From IMG/VR virus record IMGVR_UViG_3300022200_004366: a stretch of DNA of 20,000 nt. One strand, 5' to 3'. Below the pieces are notes generated by a model. The model saw only the letters and a program-made list of their open reading frames with translations, was not told where the DNA came from and did no database searches. This document shows, piece after piece, positions 9,093 through 16,878 of the stretch. The stretch comes from an uncultured virus (IMG/VR IMGVR_UViG_3300022200_004366) (taxonomy: Duplodnaviria > Heunggongvirae > Uroviricota > Caudoviricetes). Position 1 is the first letter of the stretch. Each line of letters begins with the position of its first letter. Both the position numbers and the translations under genes were made by a program.

Positions 9093-11611
9093 TACCAGAA
9101 TCCTTTCTTAATAAGGTTACCAGTCGCATAATCTTTGAGACTGAACTTATTGCTTACTGCGTCTCGAGTTTGAACAGGAAGCAATACTAATTGTATGTTA
9201 ATTGTAGTTGGTACATAAGTTGCTCCACCTGAAATTTTTACTGCTCCTTGATAGGTAGGATCAACAAAGTTATCAATAGTGTTTGGAGCCCCAGATTCAA
9301 GTGCGCTTGACAATAATCTTGAAAATGTACTACTCCAAGACGAGTTTGCTGCTGCCGATCTACGTCCTTGAAACAGGCCAACATTTGAAACAGCCGTTTC
9401 ATACGCTCGAACATAATCAACAGTATCTGGTATTGTATAGTTGAAATTACTTAATACACATGGATGTTCAGCAAATTGAAAGTCACCAAGTCCACTCATA
9501 TATAACAATGGCGGAGGTGTTCCTCGCTCATTGTCTTGTCCATAAAACATTTTAGTTGCCGATCTAAAAAAGTGAATCACTGCTAATAGATAATTAGCTT
9601 CATTTGTATCCTGGGCAGTAAATGTTCCGTTGACAATTATATCTCCTACCTGACTACCTTGGTAAAAATAACCTCTATAATTACTATGTGTTAACGTGTA
9701 ATTTGAATAATTTGCCGTATGCGGTACTGTAATTTGTGGCATATATGGAAATATTACACCGTCGGTACTTTGCAATGGAGCTAGGATTCCTTGTCCATTT
9801 CTGTGCATATCAGGATCATTATATAGATATTCACTATAAGGACTTAGGCGGATCTTAAATCTCCAATCCGCCTCATCATAGTTACTGTTATTTTGTTTAC
9901 GTTTATCTCGTATACTTAAAGGTGGTGGCGGAACTTCTTCAGCCGCGGCTTCATCACCTAGTCGTAGCTGCCCGGCTGTACCAATAGGCACACAAACACC
10001 AGTTTCGTCATCATATTCTTCTTCACCGATGATACAACCAAACCCATCAAGTTCGCCAGCATTTGCTGGTTCTAAACGCGGCGGACCCTCTTCGCGACTA
10101 ATACAAGCAAGTAAGTCTGGATCCCAGTATTCTGAGTTTACATCACATCCGTTATCCCATGCTTGCTGTTCTTGAGCGCCAAACGGTACACAAACACCTT
10201 GATCGGAATCATAATATTCCTGACCAGAAATACATCCGTATTGATTTAATATTGGCGATGGCGCATTTGTACCTTGATCTGCTCTTCCACCGATTGGAAT
10301 ACAAGTCCCTGAATCGTCGTCATATTCTTCTACACCAATTAAACATCCAAAATCATCATACTGTGGATCTTCGGTCACTGGTTGGCCATCATAGTTCCAG
10401 TTGTCGGGCATATCTTCCCGACGCACCCATTCGCCTAAATTATCATCATAAACAAACTCGTTTTGATCACGTGCTTGCCAATCTTCGGGTCGATCTGTGC
10501 GAGGTACGTATTCGCCTAAACTGTCGTCATAAAATAAGTTAGGATCGTCAGCAGGATTCTCGTAGTAATCGTATTCACCTTCGACTCCAGTTTCATATGC
10601 TTCTCTGTCGGCTAATTTTTGTTCAATACTTGCTTTAGTAGCCGTTTGATAAGCATCAACATCGGCGTCGCCAGTGGTATATGGTGATGCGATAGGTTGG
10701 CTATTATCAGTTGGTGGTGTTGACGTTGTAAACGCAGATCCAGTTGTATTATCTGTAGAATTAACCGTTACAGTTGGCGAACCTAATGCTCCTGGTTGTG
10801 CTTTCCAATACGCAAGATCCCCTTGCGCATCTTCTAACTGTGCCCTAAGCTCTGCTTTATCTGCTGCACTTACATCCGGATCTATTAATAATTCTTGGGT
10901 TTGAGCAATATAATTTTGTGTTGTTAAGTAACCATCACGATTCCGTTGCTCAGTAGTTGCGTTACTTGCTGGTGCTACATATCCTGGATCACCTGGCATT
11001 TTAAATCCGGCTACCGCTGGATTAGTAATAACAGTTGTTTGTTCAGTTTTAGCAGGAATACTCGTAGTCGACGCCGAAGAAGTATATGTATCTGTTCTTG
11101 TACCACCTGTTGGAGTAGTAGACGTATATGTAGTTTGGTTACCAGTTGATCCTGGCGGGAAGTCTACAGTTCTTGTAGTAGCAAGTTCGCCATCCTGTCT
11201 TAGATATTCAACCTGCTCTTCTAACGATAGTCCTGCCGGAGGAGCGCCGGTAAATGTTCCTTGTGATGGCCCAATTACAGTTTTTTGACTTGCTGGCGGC
11301 TGCGAAGCTGCTTGTAGTTCTAATCTTGTTCTACTGTCTGTTGCTGCTGTTGGTACAGGATTATTCCCAAAATCAATATCAATTGCGCCGTCTGGATCTG
11401 GTGCTCCACCTCTTTTTAAAGCTACTACTGTAGTATTAGCTTGATTAATCTGATTGGTGAGTGCTTGATATTCTGGCGTAGATCTCCAGCTTGTAACACC
11501 TTTTGCTTGAAGATCACTTCTTAGTTTGTTTCGTGCGGCAACAGCCGCCGCACGCTGATCTTCTGCTTCACTAAGTGCTTGTTGATATCCTTGGTAATCA
11601 AATATTGCCAT
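9092..11611 (-). CDS. Baseplate tail-tube initiator/cap-like protein (gp48/gp54-like C-terminal domain) with a long repeat-rich N-terminal extension
   Basis: 839 aa. The C-terminal ~255 aa ('GVIFPYMPQITVPHTANY...THSNY..YFYQGS.V.DI.V.GTFTAQ...FFRSATKMFYG...PPPLLYMSGLG...PCVL.NFNYTIP..VDY...PT.INI.LVLLP') resembles a tube-fold protein, and the gene lies just upstream of the LysM/gp53-like gene. The N-terminal ~580 aa is Thr/Pro/Asp-rich with Cys repeats. Confidence 0.6.
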   Translation of the reverse strand: MAIFDYQGYQQALSEAEDQRAAAVAARNKLRSDLQAKGVTSWRSTPEYQALTNQINQANTTVVALKRGGAPDPDGAIDIDFGNNPVPTAATDSRTRLELQAASQPPASQKTVIGPSQGTFTGAPPAGLSLEEQVEYLRQDGELATTRTVDFPPGSTGNQTTYTSTTPTGGTRTDTYTSSASTTSIPAKTEQTTVITNPAVAGFKMPGDPGYVAPASNATTEQRNRDGYLTTQNYIAQTQELLIDPDVSAADKAELRAQLEDAQGDLAYWKAQPGALGSPTVTVNSTDNTTGSAFTTSTPPTDNSQPIASPYTTGDADVDAYQTATKASIEQKLADREAYETGVEGEYDYYENPADDPNLFYDDSLGEYVPRTDRPEDWQARDQNEFVYDDNLGEWVRREDMPDNWNYDGQPVTEDPQYDDFGCLIGVEEYDDDSGTCIPIGGRADQGTNAPSPILNQYGCISGQEYYDSDQGVCVPFGAQEQQAWDNGCDVNSEYWDPDLLACISREEGPPRLEPANAGELDGFGCIIGEEEYDDETGVCVPIGTAGQLRLGDEAAAEEVPPPPLSIRDKRKQNNSNYDEADWRFKIRLSPYSEYLYNDPDMHRNGQGILAPLQSTDGVIFPYMPQITVPHTANYSNYTLTHSNYRGYFYQGSQVGDIIVNGTFTAQDTNEANYLLAVIHFFRSATKMFYGQDNERGTPPPLLYMSGLGDFQFAEHPCVLSNFNYTIPDTVDYVRAYETAVSNVGLFQGRRSAAANSSWSSTFSRLLSSALESGAPNTIDNFVDPTYQGAVKISGGATYVPTTINIQLVLLPVQTRDAVSNKFSLKDYATGNLIKKGFW
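9980..10358 (-). repeat. Four protein-level repeats G-C-X13-C-(I/V) within the 839-aa ORF
   Basis: FGCLIGVEEYDDDSGTCIPIG, YGCISGQEYYDSDQGVCVPFG, NGCDVNSEYWDPDLLACISRE and FGCIIGEEEYDDETGVCVPIG; each has exactly 13 residues between the Cys pair. Confidence 0.9.
10397..10537 (-). repeat. Two protein-level repeats YDDxLGE(Y/W)VxRxDxPxxW
   Basis: LFYDDSLGEYVPRTDRPEDW and FVYDDNLGEWVRREDMPDNW occur in tandem. Confidence 0.85.
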
Positions 11612-11633
11612 GTTCTATATTAATCCTTATGTC

Positions 11634-11661
11634 ATTATTTATGGAGTTCATAAACGGCGTA
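11634..11661 (-). promoter_or_regulatory. Putative late promoter for the baseplate operon (CATAAATA core plus TACGCCGTTTAT)
   Basis: Minus strand reads TACGCCGTTTATGAACTCCATAAATAAT, ending 22 nt upstream of the ATG at 11611; 25/28 identical to 1776-1803. Confidence 0.72.
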
Positions 11662-11679
11662 CATAATGGCAATAAATCG

Positions 11680-11709
11680 TTGACATCACACACAAAGATG
11701 TTATATAAT
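11680..11709 (+). promoter_or_regulatory. Consensus sigma70-type (early/middle) promoter for the gp55-gp47-gp46 operon
   Basis: TTGACA (11680-11685), an 18-bp spacer, then TATAAT (11704-11709). Confidence 0.8.
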
Positions 11710-11723
11710 AAGTGTATTGATAT

Positions 11724-11728
11724 AGGAG
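11724..11728 (+). promoter_or_regulatory. Shine-Dalgarno site of the gp55-like gene
   Basis: AGGAG lies 6 nt upstream of the ATG at 11735. Confidence 0.75.
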
Positions 11729-11734
11729 CCCTTA

Positions 11735-12640
11735 ATGGCACAACCAGGACAAAAGAGAGTAAATTATCTAAACAACAAAGATATACTAGCAGAAATTCAC
11801 AAAAGTAAGAACACATTTTGCTCTTACCGAGACAAGATTACAGACAGCGATTTTGATTTAATTTTAGAACCAGACGAAAACGGCAAAACCGGACTTGAAA
11901 AGATTAACGTTCGCACACTGAAAGAAGCACGTGATAATCGTGCTACACGTTTGTCTAAACTTACAGGCGAAACCGTAGATCCAAAGTCTATTACCAATGA
12001 AGACATTGTTATTCGTGTAATGACCGACGAACACGTTCCGCTTGGACCTAAGAAGCGTACAAAAGCAAGTACTAAACCTAAGAAAAAGAAAGCAGCAGAC
12101 TTGCTCGACGATTTAGATTTAGATGAAGATACTGATGATATGGATGTCGATGCCAATGACCCTGATGTTGAAATGATTCCAGTTCGTTGTAACTTTCCTC
12201 CTTTTAAGCATTACAGAATTGACGCAGAAGGTAATCCTTATGAAGTAGGGCGTAGCCATTGGAAGGGCACTATTGATGAAGGACATTTTAGTAAAACACA
12301 TGGTCGTGTTACGGACAAACTTGCTATGATGTATATGAAGCTCTGTGAGCGTTATGCCACACGAAGCAACTGGCGTGGTTACACCTATAACGACGAAATG
12401 CGTTCGCAAGCATTGCTACAACTTTGTCAAATTGGCTTACAATTCAACGAAGCAAAGTCACAGAATCCTTTTGCTTATTACACAGCAGCAGTTACTAACT
12501 CGTTTACTCGTGTACTAAACATTGAAAAGAAAATGCAGAACATTCGCGACGACATACTCGAACAACACGGGTTAAATCCATCGTGGACACGTCAATTTGA
12601 AAACGATAATCCAGATACAAAATACATCGACAACGATTAA
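11735..12640 (+). CDS. gp55: Late-transcription sigma factor, T4 gp55-like, with a large internal insertion
   Basis: N-terminal 'YLNNKDIL' and C-terminal 'LCERYATRSNWRGYTYNDEMRSQALLQL...FNEAKSQNPFAYYT....NSF.RVL..EKK' match gp55 motifs (YVNNKE; NPFAYFTQ...F..RI.KEKK). The gp55-gp47-gp46 order matches T4-like phages. Confidence 0.85.
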   Translation: MAQPGQKRVNYLNNKDILAEIHKSKNTFCSYRDKITDSDFDLILEPDENGKTGLEKINVRTLKEARDNRATRLSKLTGETVDPKSITNEDIVIRVMTDEHVPLGPKKRTKASTKPKKKKAADLLDDLDLDEDTDDMDVDANDPDVEMIPVRCNFPPFKHYRIDAEGNPYEVGRSHWKGTIDEGHFSKTHGRVTDKLAMMYMKLCERYATRSNWRGYTYNDEMRSQALLQLCQIGLQFNEAKSQNPFAYYTAAVTNSFTRVLNIEKKMQNIRDDILEQHGLNPSWTRQFENDNPDTKYIDND

Positions 12641-12642
12641 TA

Positions 12643-13656
12643 ATGAACTTATTTAAAAAAGCAGCAATTTTTACCGACATTCATTTTGGGTTAAAGAACA
12701 ATAGTATTACGCATTTACAAGACTGCGAAAGTTTTGTAGATTGGTTTATTGATTTAGCCAAAAGTAAAAATTGCGAAACTGGAATGTTTTTAGGCGACTG
12801 GCACCATCATCGTGCTAGTATTAACCTACAGACATTAAATTTCAGTTTGCGCAGTTTAGAGAAATTGTCTGCTGCGTTTGATCAATTCTACTTCTTACCG
12901 GGCAATCACGACTTGTACTACAGAGACAAGCGTGATATCCACGGCGCAGAATGGGCAAAGCATTTACCTAACATTCACGTTATTAATGATTGGTTTACTG
13001 ACGGCGATGTAACTATTGTTCCTTGGTTAATCGGCGATGATCATAAACGTATTCAAAAGATTGAATCTAAGTACGTATTTGGACATTTTGAATTGCCGCA
13101 CTTTAAAATGAATGCCATGGTAGAAATGCCGGACACAGGCGAAGTTAACGCAGATGATTTTAAGGGTGTTGAGCGTGTGTTTAGCGGACACTTCCATATG
13201 CGCCAAAACAAAGGTAACATTTCGTATATCGGTAATGCGTTTCCGCATAACTTTTCTGACGCAGGCGATGAACAACGTGGTGCTACTATTATTGAGTGGG
13301 GGCAGAACCCAGAGTTCTTTGCGTGGGACGCACAGCCTACATATCGTGTAATTGATTTGTCGGCATTAATCGATCATGCCGACCAAGTATTAAAACCTAA
13401 TCAGCATGTTCGTGTTAATTTGGATATCAATGTAAGTTACGAAGAAGCAAACTTTATTAAAGAAACGTTTGTTAATGGTTATGGTATTAGAGAAATTAGC
13501 CTTTTACCAAAATCTAAAAATCAAGAAATGGAAAACAAAAGCATAGACGCTACTGTGTTTCATTCTGTTGATCAAATTATAACCGATCAATTAACTACTA
13601 TTGATTCAGAGTTCTATAATAAGCAATTATTATTACAAATTTATCAGAATTTATGA
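12643..13656 (+). CDS. gp47: Recombination endonuclease subunit, gp47 / Mre11 / SbcD-like metallophosphoesterase
   Basis: Calcineurin-like phosphoesterase motifs TDIHFG, LGDWHH, PGNHD, GHFE and SGHFH. Confidence 0.92.
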   Translation: MNLFKKAAIFTDIHFGLKNNSITHLQDCESFVDWFIDLAKSKNCETGMFLGDWHHHRASINLQTLNFSLRSLEKLSAAFDQFYFLPGNHDLYYRDKRDIHGAEWAKHLPNIHVINDWFTDGDVTIVPWLIGDDHKRIQKIESKYVFGHFELPHFKMNAMVEMPDTGEVNADDFKGVERVFSGHFHMRQNKGNISYIGNAFPHNFSDAGDEQRGATIIEWGQNPEFFAWDAQPTYRVIDLSALIDHADQVLKPNQHVRVNLDINVSYEEANFIKETFVNGYGIREISLLPKSKNQEMENKSIDATVFHSVDQIITDQLTTIDSEFYNKQLLLQIYQNL

Positions 13657-15128
13657 ATATTTTAACTGTAATTGATTTTCATGCTTCTCTGGAAAAAATT
13701 AAAGAACAATTAATTAACGCAAGAAAAGAATCGTTTGATCCTGATGATCGCATTATAATTTCTCAATCGTCAGAGGATACTTATTCGTATATTGATGCTC
13801 CTGGTGACCGGTTAATTGAGATTCAACAATTAGTCGATGATATTGACATTACAAACTGCTTTATATTAATCAGAACTAGTAATCCAGATATCAAATTGGA
13901 GTTAGAGGAGTTAGTTTCTAACTATACCTATCAAACTGTTCCATTTGAATTTAGTATACATAACGGAATTTATAATAAACAAGTTAAACAATATTCTAAC
14001 ACTAGCTGTACAAAATTATGGAATCATTTATATATTAATCCCGAAGGTAAATCGTTGGCTTGTTGTTATGCTGATGCTAGATTTCCAGTCGGCGACATCA
14101 ATAATCCAAGAGCTCAATCTCAACAACTTAAAGAATGGGTTACACAAGGATATCGTATTAGAACCTGTCAACGTTGTTATCAAGACGAGGATCACCAATT
14201 AGTCCAAAGAAGGCGTCCTGCTGATTATTCAACGGAAACTCCTGATTTTATACGTGATGTTGACATAAGAATTAGTAATCTCTGTAATTTTAAATGTCGT
14301 ATGTGTTCTGAAGAATATAGTAGTGCTATACAAGCTGAAACTGTAGAATTATATGGTAATGATGCTATTCTTGGTACTACTCAATTTTCTCTCAATAGAC
14401 CAAATTCTATTGAAAGATCAAACAGGTTTGAGCAAATAAAACCTTATATTACTAAAAATTTAACCAGTATTTACTTTGCGGGCGGCGAGCCTCTTATAAC
14501 TCAAGAACATTACAAAATATTAGATTGGTTAATTGATATTGGCCACACCGAATTATCAATATCATACAATACTAATTTAAGTACTTTAAATTATAAAGGT
14601 AACTCAATCTTTAATTATTGGAAACAATTCAAAAACATTCGTGTTGGAGCAAGCATTGATTGTTGCGACGCAGCAGCAGAATATATTCGTCACGGCACTA
14701 TTTGGACAGATATTGAACAAAATATAGAAAAAATACAAGAGCATACTCCGCATGTTAAATTACAGTTTACTTCTATTGCCAGTTCTATAGGGAGCGAAAG
14801 TTTGATTAAATTTCAAAAACAATATATCAACCGTGGGTTTGATCAAACTCAAATGCAAGTTAATGTGTTAACTCATCCACACTTTTTAAGTGTTGCAGCA
14901 CTACCTAAACATCACAAAAAAAGGTTATCAGATATAATTCAACAGCATATTACTAATTTAGGAAAATCTTCTCTTGCTTACCAATGGAATGTTGTGTTAC
15001 AATACATGAATAATTACGATTATTCTTATTCTCTAAGAGAATTTAAAAAACGCATGAAAGTATTAGACAAACATCGTAATGAATCATTTGTTGAAACTTT
15101 TCCACAATTTTCAGATTTATATGATTAA
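13653..15128 (+). CDS. Radical SAM protein with an N-terminal twitch/SPASM-like domain and an additional uncharacterised N-terminal domain
   Basis: CxxxCxxC (CNFKCRMC, 14283-14306), FAGGEP, YNTN and ASID. Upstream Cys cluster CTKLWNHLYINPEG...ACC...CQRC. ATGA overlap with the gp47 stop. Confidence 0.9.
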   Translation: MNILTVIDFHASLEKIKEQLINARKESFDPDDRIIISQSSEDTYSYIDAPGDRLIEIQQLVDDIDITNCFILIRTSNPDIKLELEELVSNYTYQTVPFEFSIHNGIYNKQVKQYSNTSCTKLWNHLYINPEGKSLACCYADARFPVGDINNPRAQSQQLKEWVTQGYRIRTCQRCYQDEDHQLVQRRRPADYSTETPDFIRDVDIRISNLCNFKCRMCSEEYSSAIQAETVELYGNDAILGTTQFSLNRPNSIERSNRFEQIKPYITKNLTSIYFAGGEPLITQEHYKILDWLIDIGHTELSISYNTNLSTLNYKGNSIFNYWKQFKNIRVGASIDCCDAAAEYIRHGTIWTDIEQNIEKIQEHTPHVKLQFTSIASSIGSESLIKFQKQYINRGFDQTQMQVNVLTHPHFLSVAALPKHHKKRLSDIIQQHITNLGKSSLAYQWNVVLQYMNNYDYSYSLREFKKRMKVLDKHRNESFVETFPQFSDLYD

Positions 15129-16878
15129 GATAAAAACTTTAACAGTTAAGAACTTTATGAGCGTAGGTAATGCTACACAGGCTGTTCATTTTGACCGCAA
15201 TGATTTAACATTGGTGTTAGGCAACAACATGGACTTAGGCGGTGACGGTGCTCGCAATGGAACAGGCAAGACTACTATTATTAACGCACTTTCATATGCG
15301 TTTTACGGTGTAGCACTGACTAACATTAAACGCGATAACTTAATCAACAAAACAAATTCCAAAGGTATGCTTTGCTCTGTAGAGTTTGAGTATGCCGGTA
15401 AAGAGTACAGAATTGAGCGTGGGCGCAAGCCTAATGTATTAAAGTTCTACATTGAAAATGAAGAACAAGAGTCAACAGATAACGCCCAGGGTGATTCGCG
15501 AGAAACACAAAAAGCTATTGAGGAATTGCTAGGTATAAGCCACGACATGTTTAAACACATTGTGGCTTTGAACACGTATACCGAACCTTTCCTCAGTATG
15601 CGGGCTAACGATCAGCGTGATATTATTGAGCAGTTACTCGGCATCACATTGCTTACTGAAAAAGCAGAGCAACTAAAAGAGCAGGCTAAAAGTACAAAAG
15701 ACCTCAAAAAAGAAGAAGAGTTGCGTATTCAAGCAGTTATGGATGCTAATCAACGTATTCAAGATCAAATTGATTCTGTGAAGCGCAGACAACGCATGTG
15801 GCTAGATAACCAACAAAAAGATGTTGCTGATTATGAAGCGTCGATTGAGGCTCTTGAACATATTGATATCGAAGCAGAAGTAAAAGCGTTTGCTGAAATT
15901 GATGCTTACAATAAGAAAAAAACACAAATTGATACACTACAAGGATATCAAACTTCTATCGATGCTGAAAACAAACGTCTTGGAACCAAAATTCAAAAAT
16001 TAGAAAAAGAAATTGCTTCGCTAAAGAATCATAAATGTCATGCGTGTGGCCAAGAGTTACATGATGATAAACACAATGAAATCTTAGCGGACAAAGAAGG
16101 CGATTTACAACAAGCAGCACTTCAAATTGTTACCAATGAAGGCCAATGGGATGAAACACATCAAGGATTACAAGCACTAGGCGAACTTGGATCAAAGCCA
16201 CAAACGTTTTATAAAACATTACAAGAAGCATTGGAGCATAAAAATACACTAGAAACTGCTCGTGCGCAGCTAGAAACACGTCGCAACGAAACAGACCCAT
16301 ATAGTGAGCAAATTACAGAAATGGAAGAACAAGCGTTACAAGAAGTTTCATATGATCGTGTAAATGAGTTAGCGCATCTACAAGAGCATCAAGAGTTCTT
16401 GCTTAAACTGCTTACTAACAAGGATTCGTTTATCCGTAAAAAGATTATTGATCAGAATCTAGCATATCTAAACTCACGCTTGACCCATTACCTTGACAAG
16501 ATCGGCTTGCGACATACAGTACAGTTCTTAAATGATCTTTCTGTAGAAATTACAGACTTAGGTAGAGATTTAGATTTTGACAATCTATCACGGGGTGAAC
16601 GTAACAGACTTATTTTAAGCCTATCGTGGGCATTTCGTGACGTTTGGGAATCATTATATCAACCAATTAATGTTGTATTTGTTGACGAACTCATTGACAA
16701 CGGCCTAGATTCGCAAGGTGTCGAAAACGCATTAGGTATCTTAAAGCACATGACTCGCGAGCGTTCCAAGAGTGTTTGGCTTGTTTCTCATAAGGATGAA
16801 CTTATTGGACGTGTCCATAATACGTTAACTGTTGTTAAAGAAAATGGGTTCACAACATACGATACTAGCAATGTTTGA
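15121..16878 (+). CDS. gp46: Recombination ATPase subunit, gp46 / Rad50 / SbcC-like
   Basis: Likely start is the ATG at 15121 (MIKIKTLTVKNFMSVGN). Walker A NGTGKT, coiled coil with Zn-hook CHAC, signature LSRGE, Walker B VVFVDE, and H-loop VSH. Confidence 0.93.
   Translation: MIKIKTLTVKNFMSVGNATQAVHFDRNDLTLVLGNNMDLGGDGARNGTGKTTIINALSYAFYGVALTNIKRDNLINKTNSKGMLCSVEFEYAGKEYRIERGRKPNVLKFYIENEEQESTDNAQGDSRETQKAIEELLGISHDMFKHIVALNTYTEPFLSMRANDQRDIIEQLLGITLLTEKAEQLKEQAKSTKDLKKEEELRIQAVMDANQRIQDQIDSVKRRQRMWLDNQQKDVADYEASIEALEHIDIEAEVKAFAEIDAYNKKKTQIDTLQGYQTSIDAENKRLGTKIQKLEKEIASLKNHKCHACGQELHDDKHNEILADKEGDLQQAALQIVTNEGQWDETHQGLQALGELGSKPQTFYKTLQEALEHKNTLETARAQLETRRNETDPYSEQITEMEEQALQEVSYDRVNELAHLQEHQEFLLKLLTNKDSFIRKKIIDQNLAYLNSRLTHYLDKIGLRHTVQFLNDLSVEITDLGRDLDFDNLSRGERNRLILSLSWAFRDVWESLYQPINVVFVDELIDNGLDSQGVENALGILKHMTRERSKSVWLVSHKDELIGRVHNTLTVVKENGFTTYDTSNV

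Noticed and set aside
1..11611. Bacterial T6SS or extracellular contractile injection system locus
   Set aside because: The adjacent gp55, gp47, gp46 and resolvase genes plus T4-type late promoter cores indicate a phage genome. No TssJLM or ClpV-type genes are present.
1776..11661. 28-bp repeat as att sites, mobile-element ends or CRISPR repeats
   Set aside because: There are only two copies about 9.9 kb apart, flanking essential baseplate genes, with no integrase, transposase or cas gene. Position and core sequence fit promoters.
13653..15128. Insert between gp47 and gp46 as a homing endonuclease, intron or intein
   Set aside because: It has no HNH, GIY-YIG or LAGLIDADG motifs and no intein termini, the flanking genes are intact, and the ORF is clearly a radical SAM protein.
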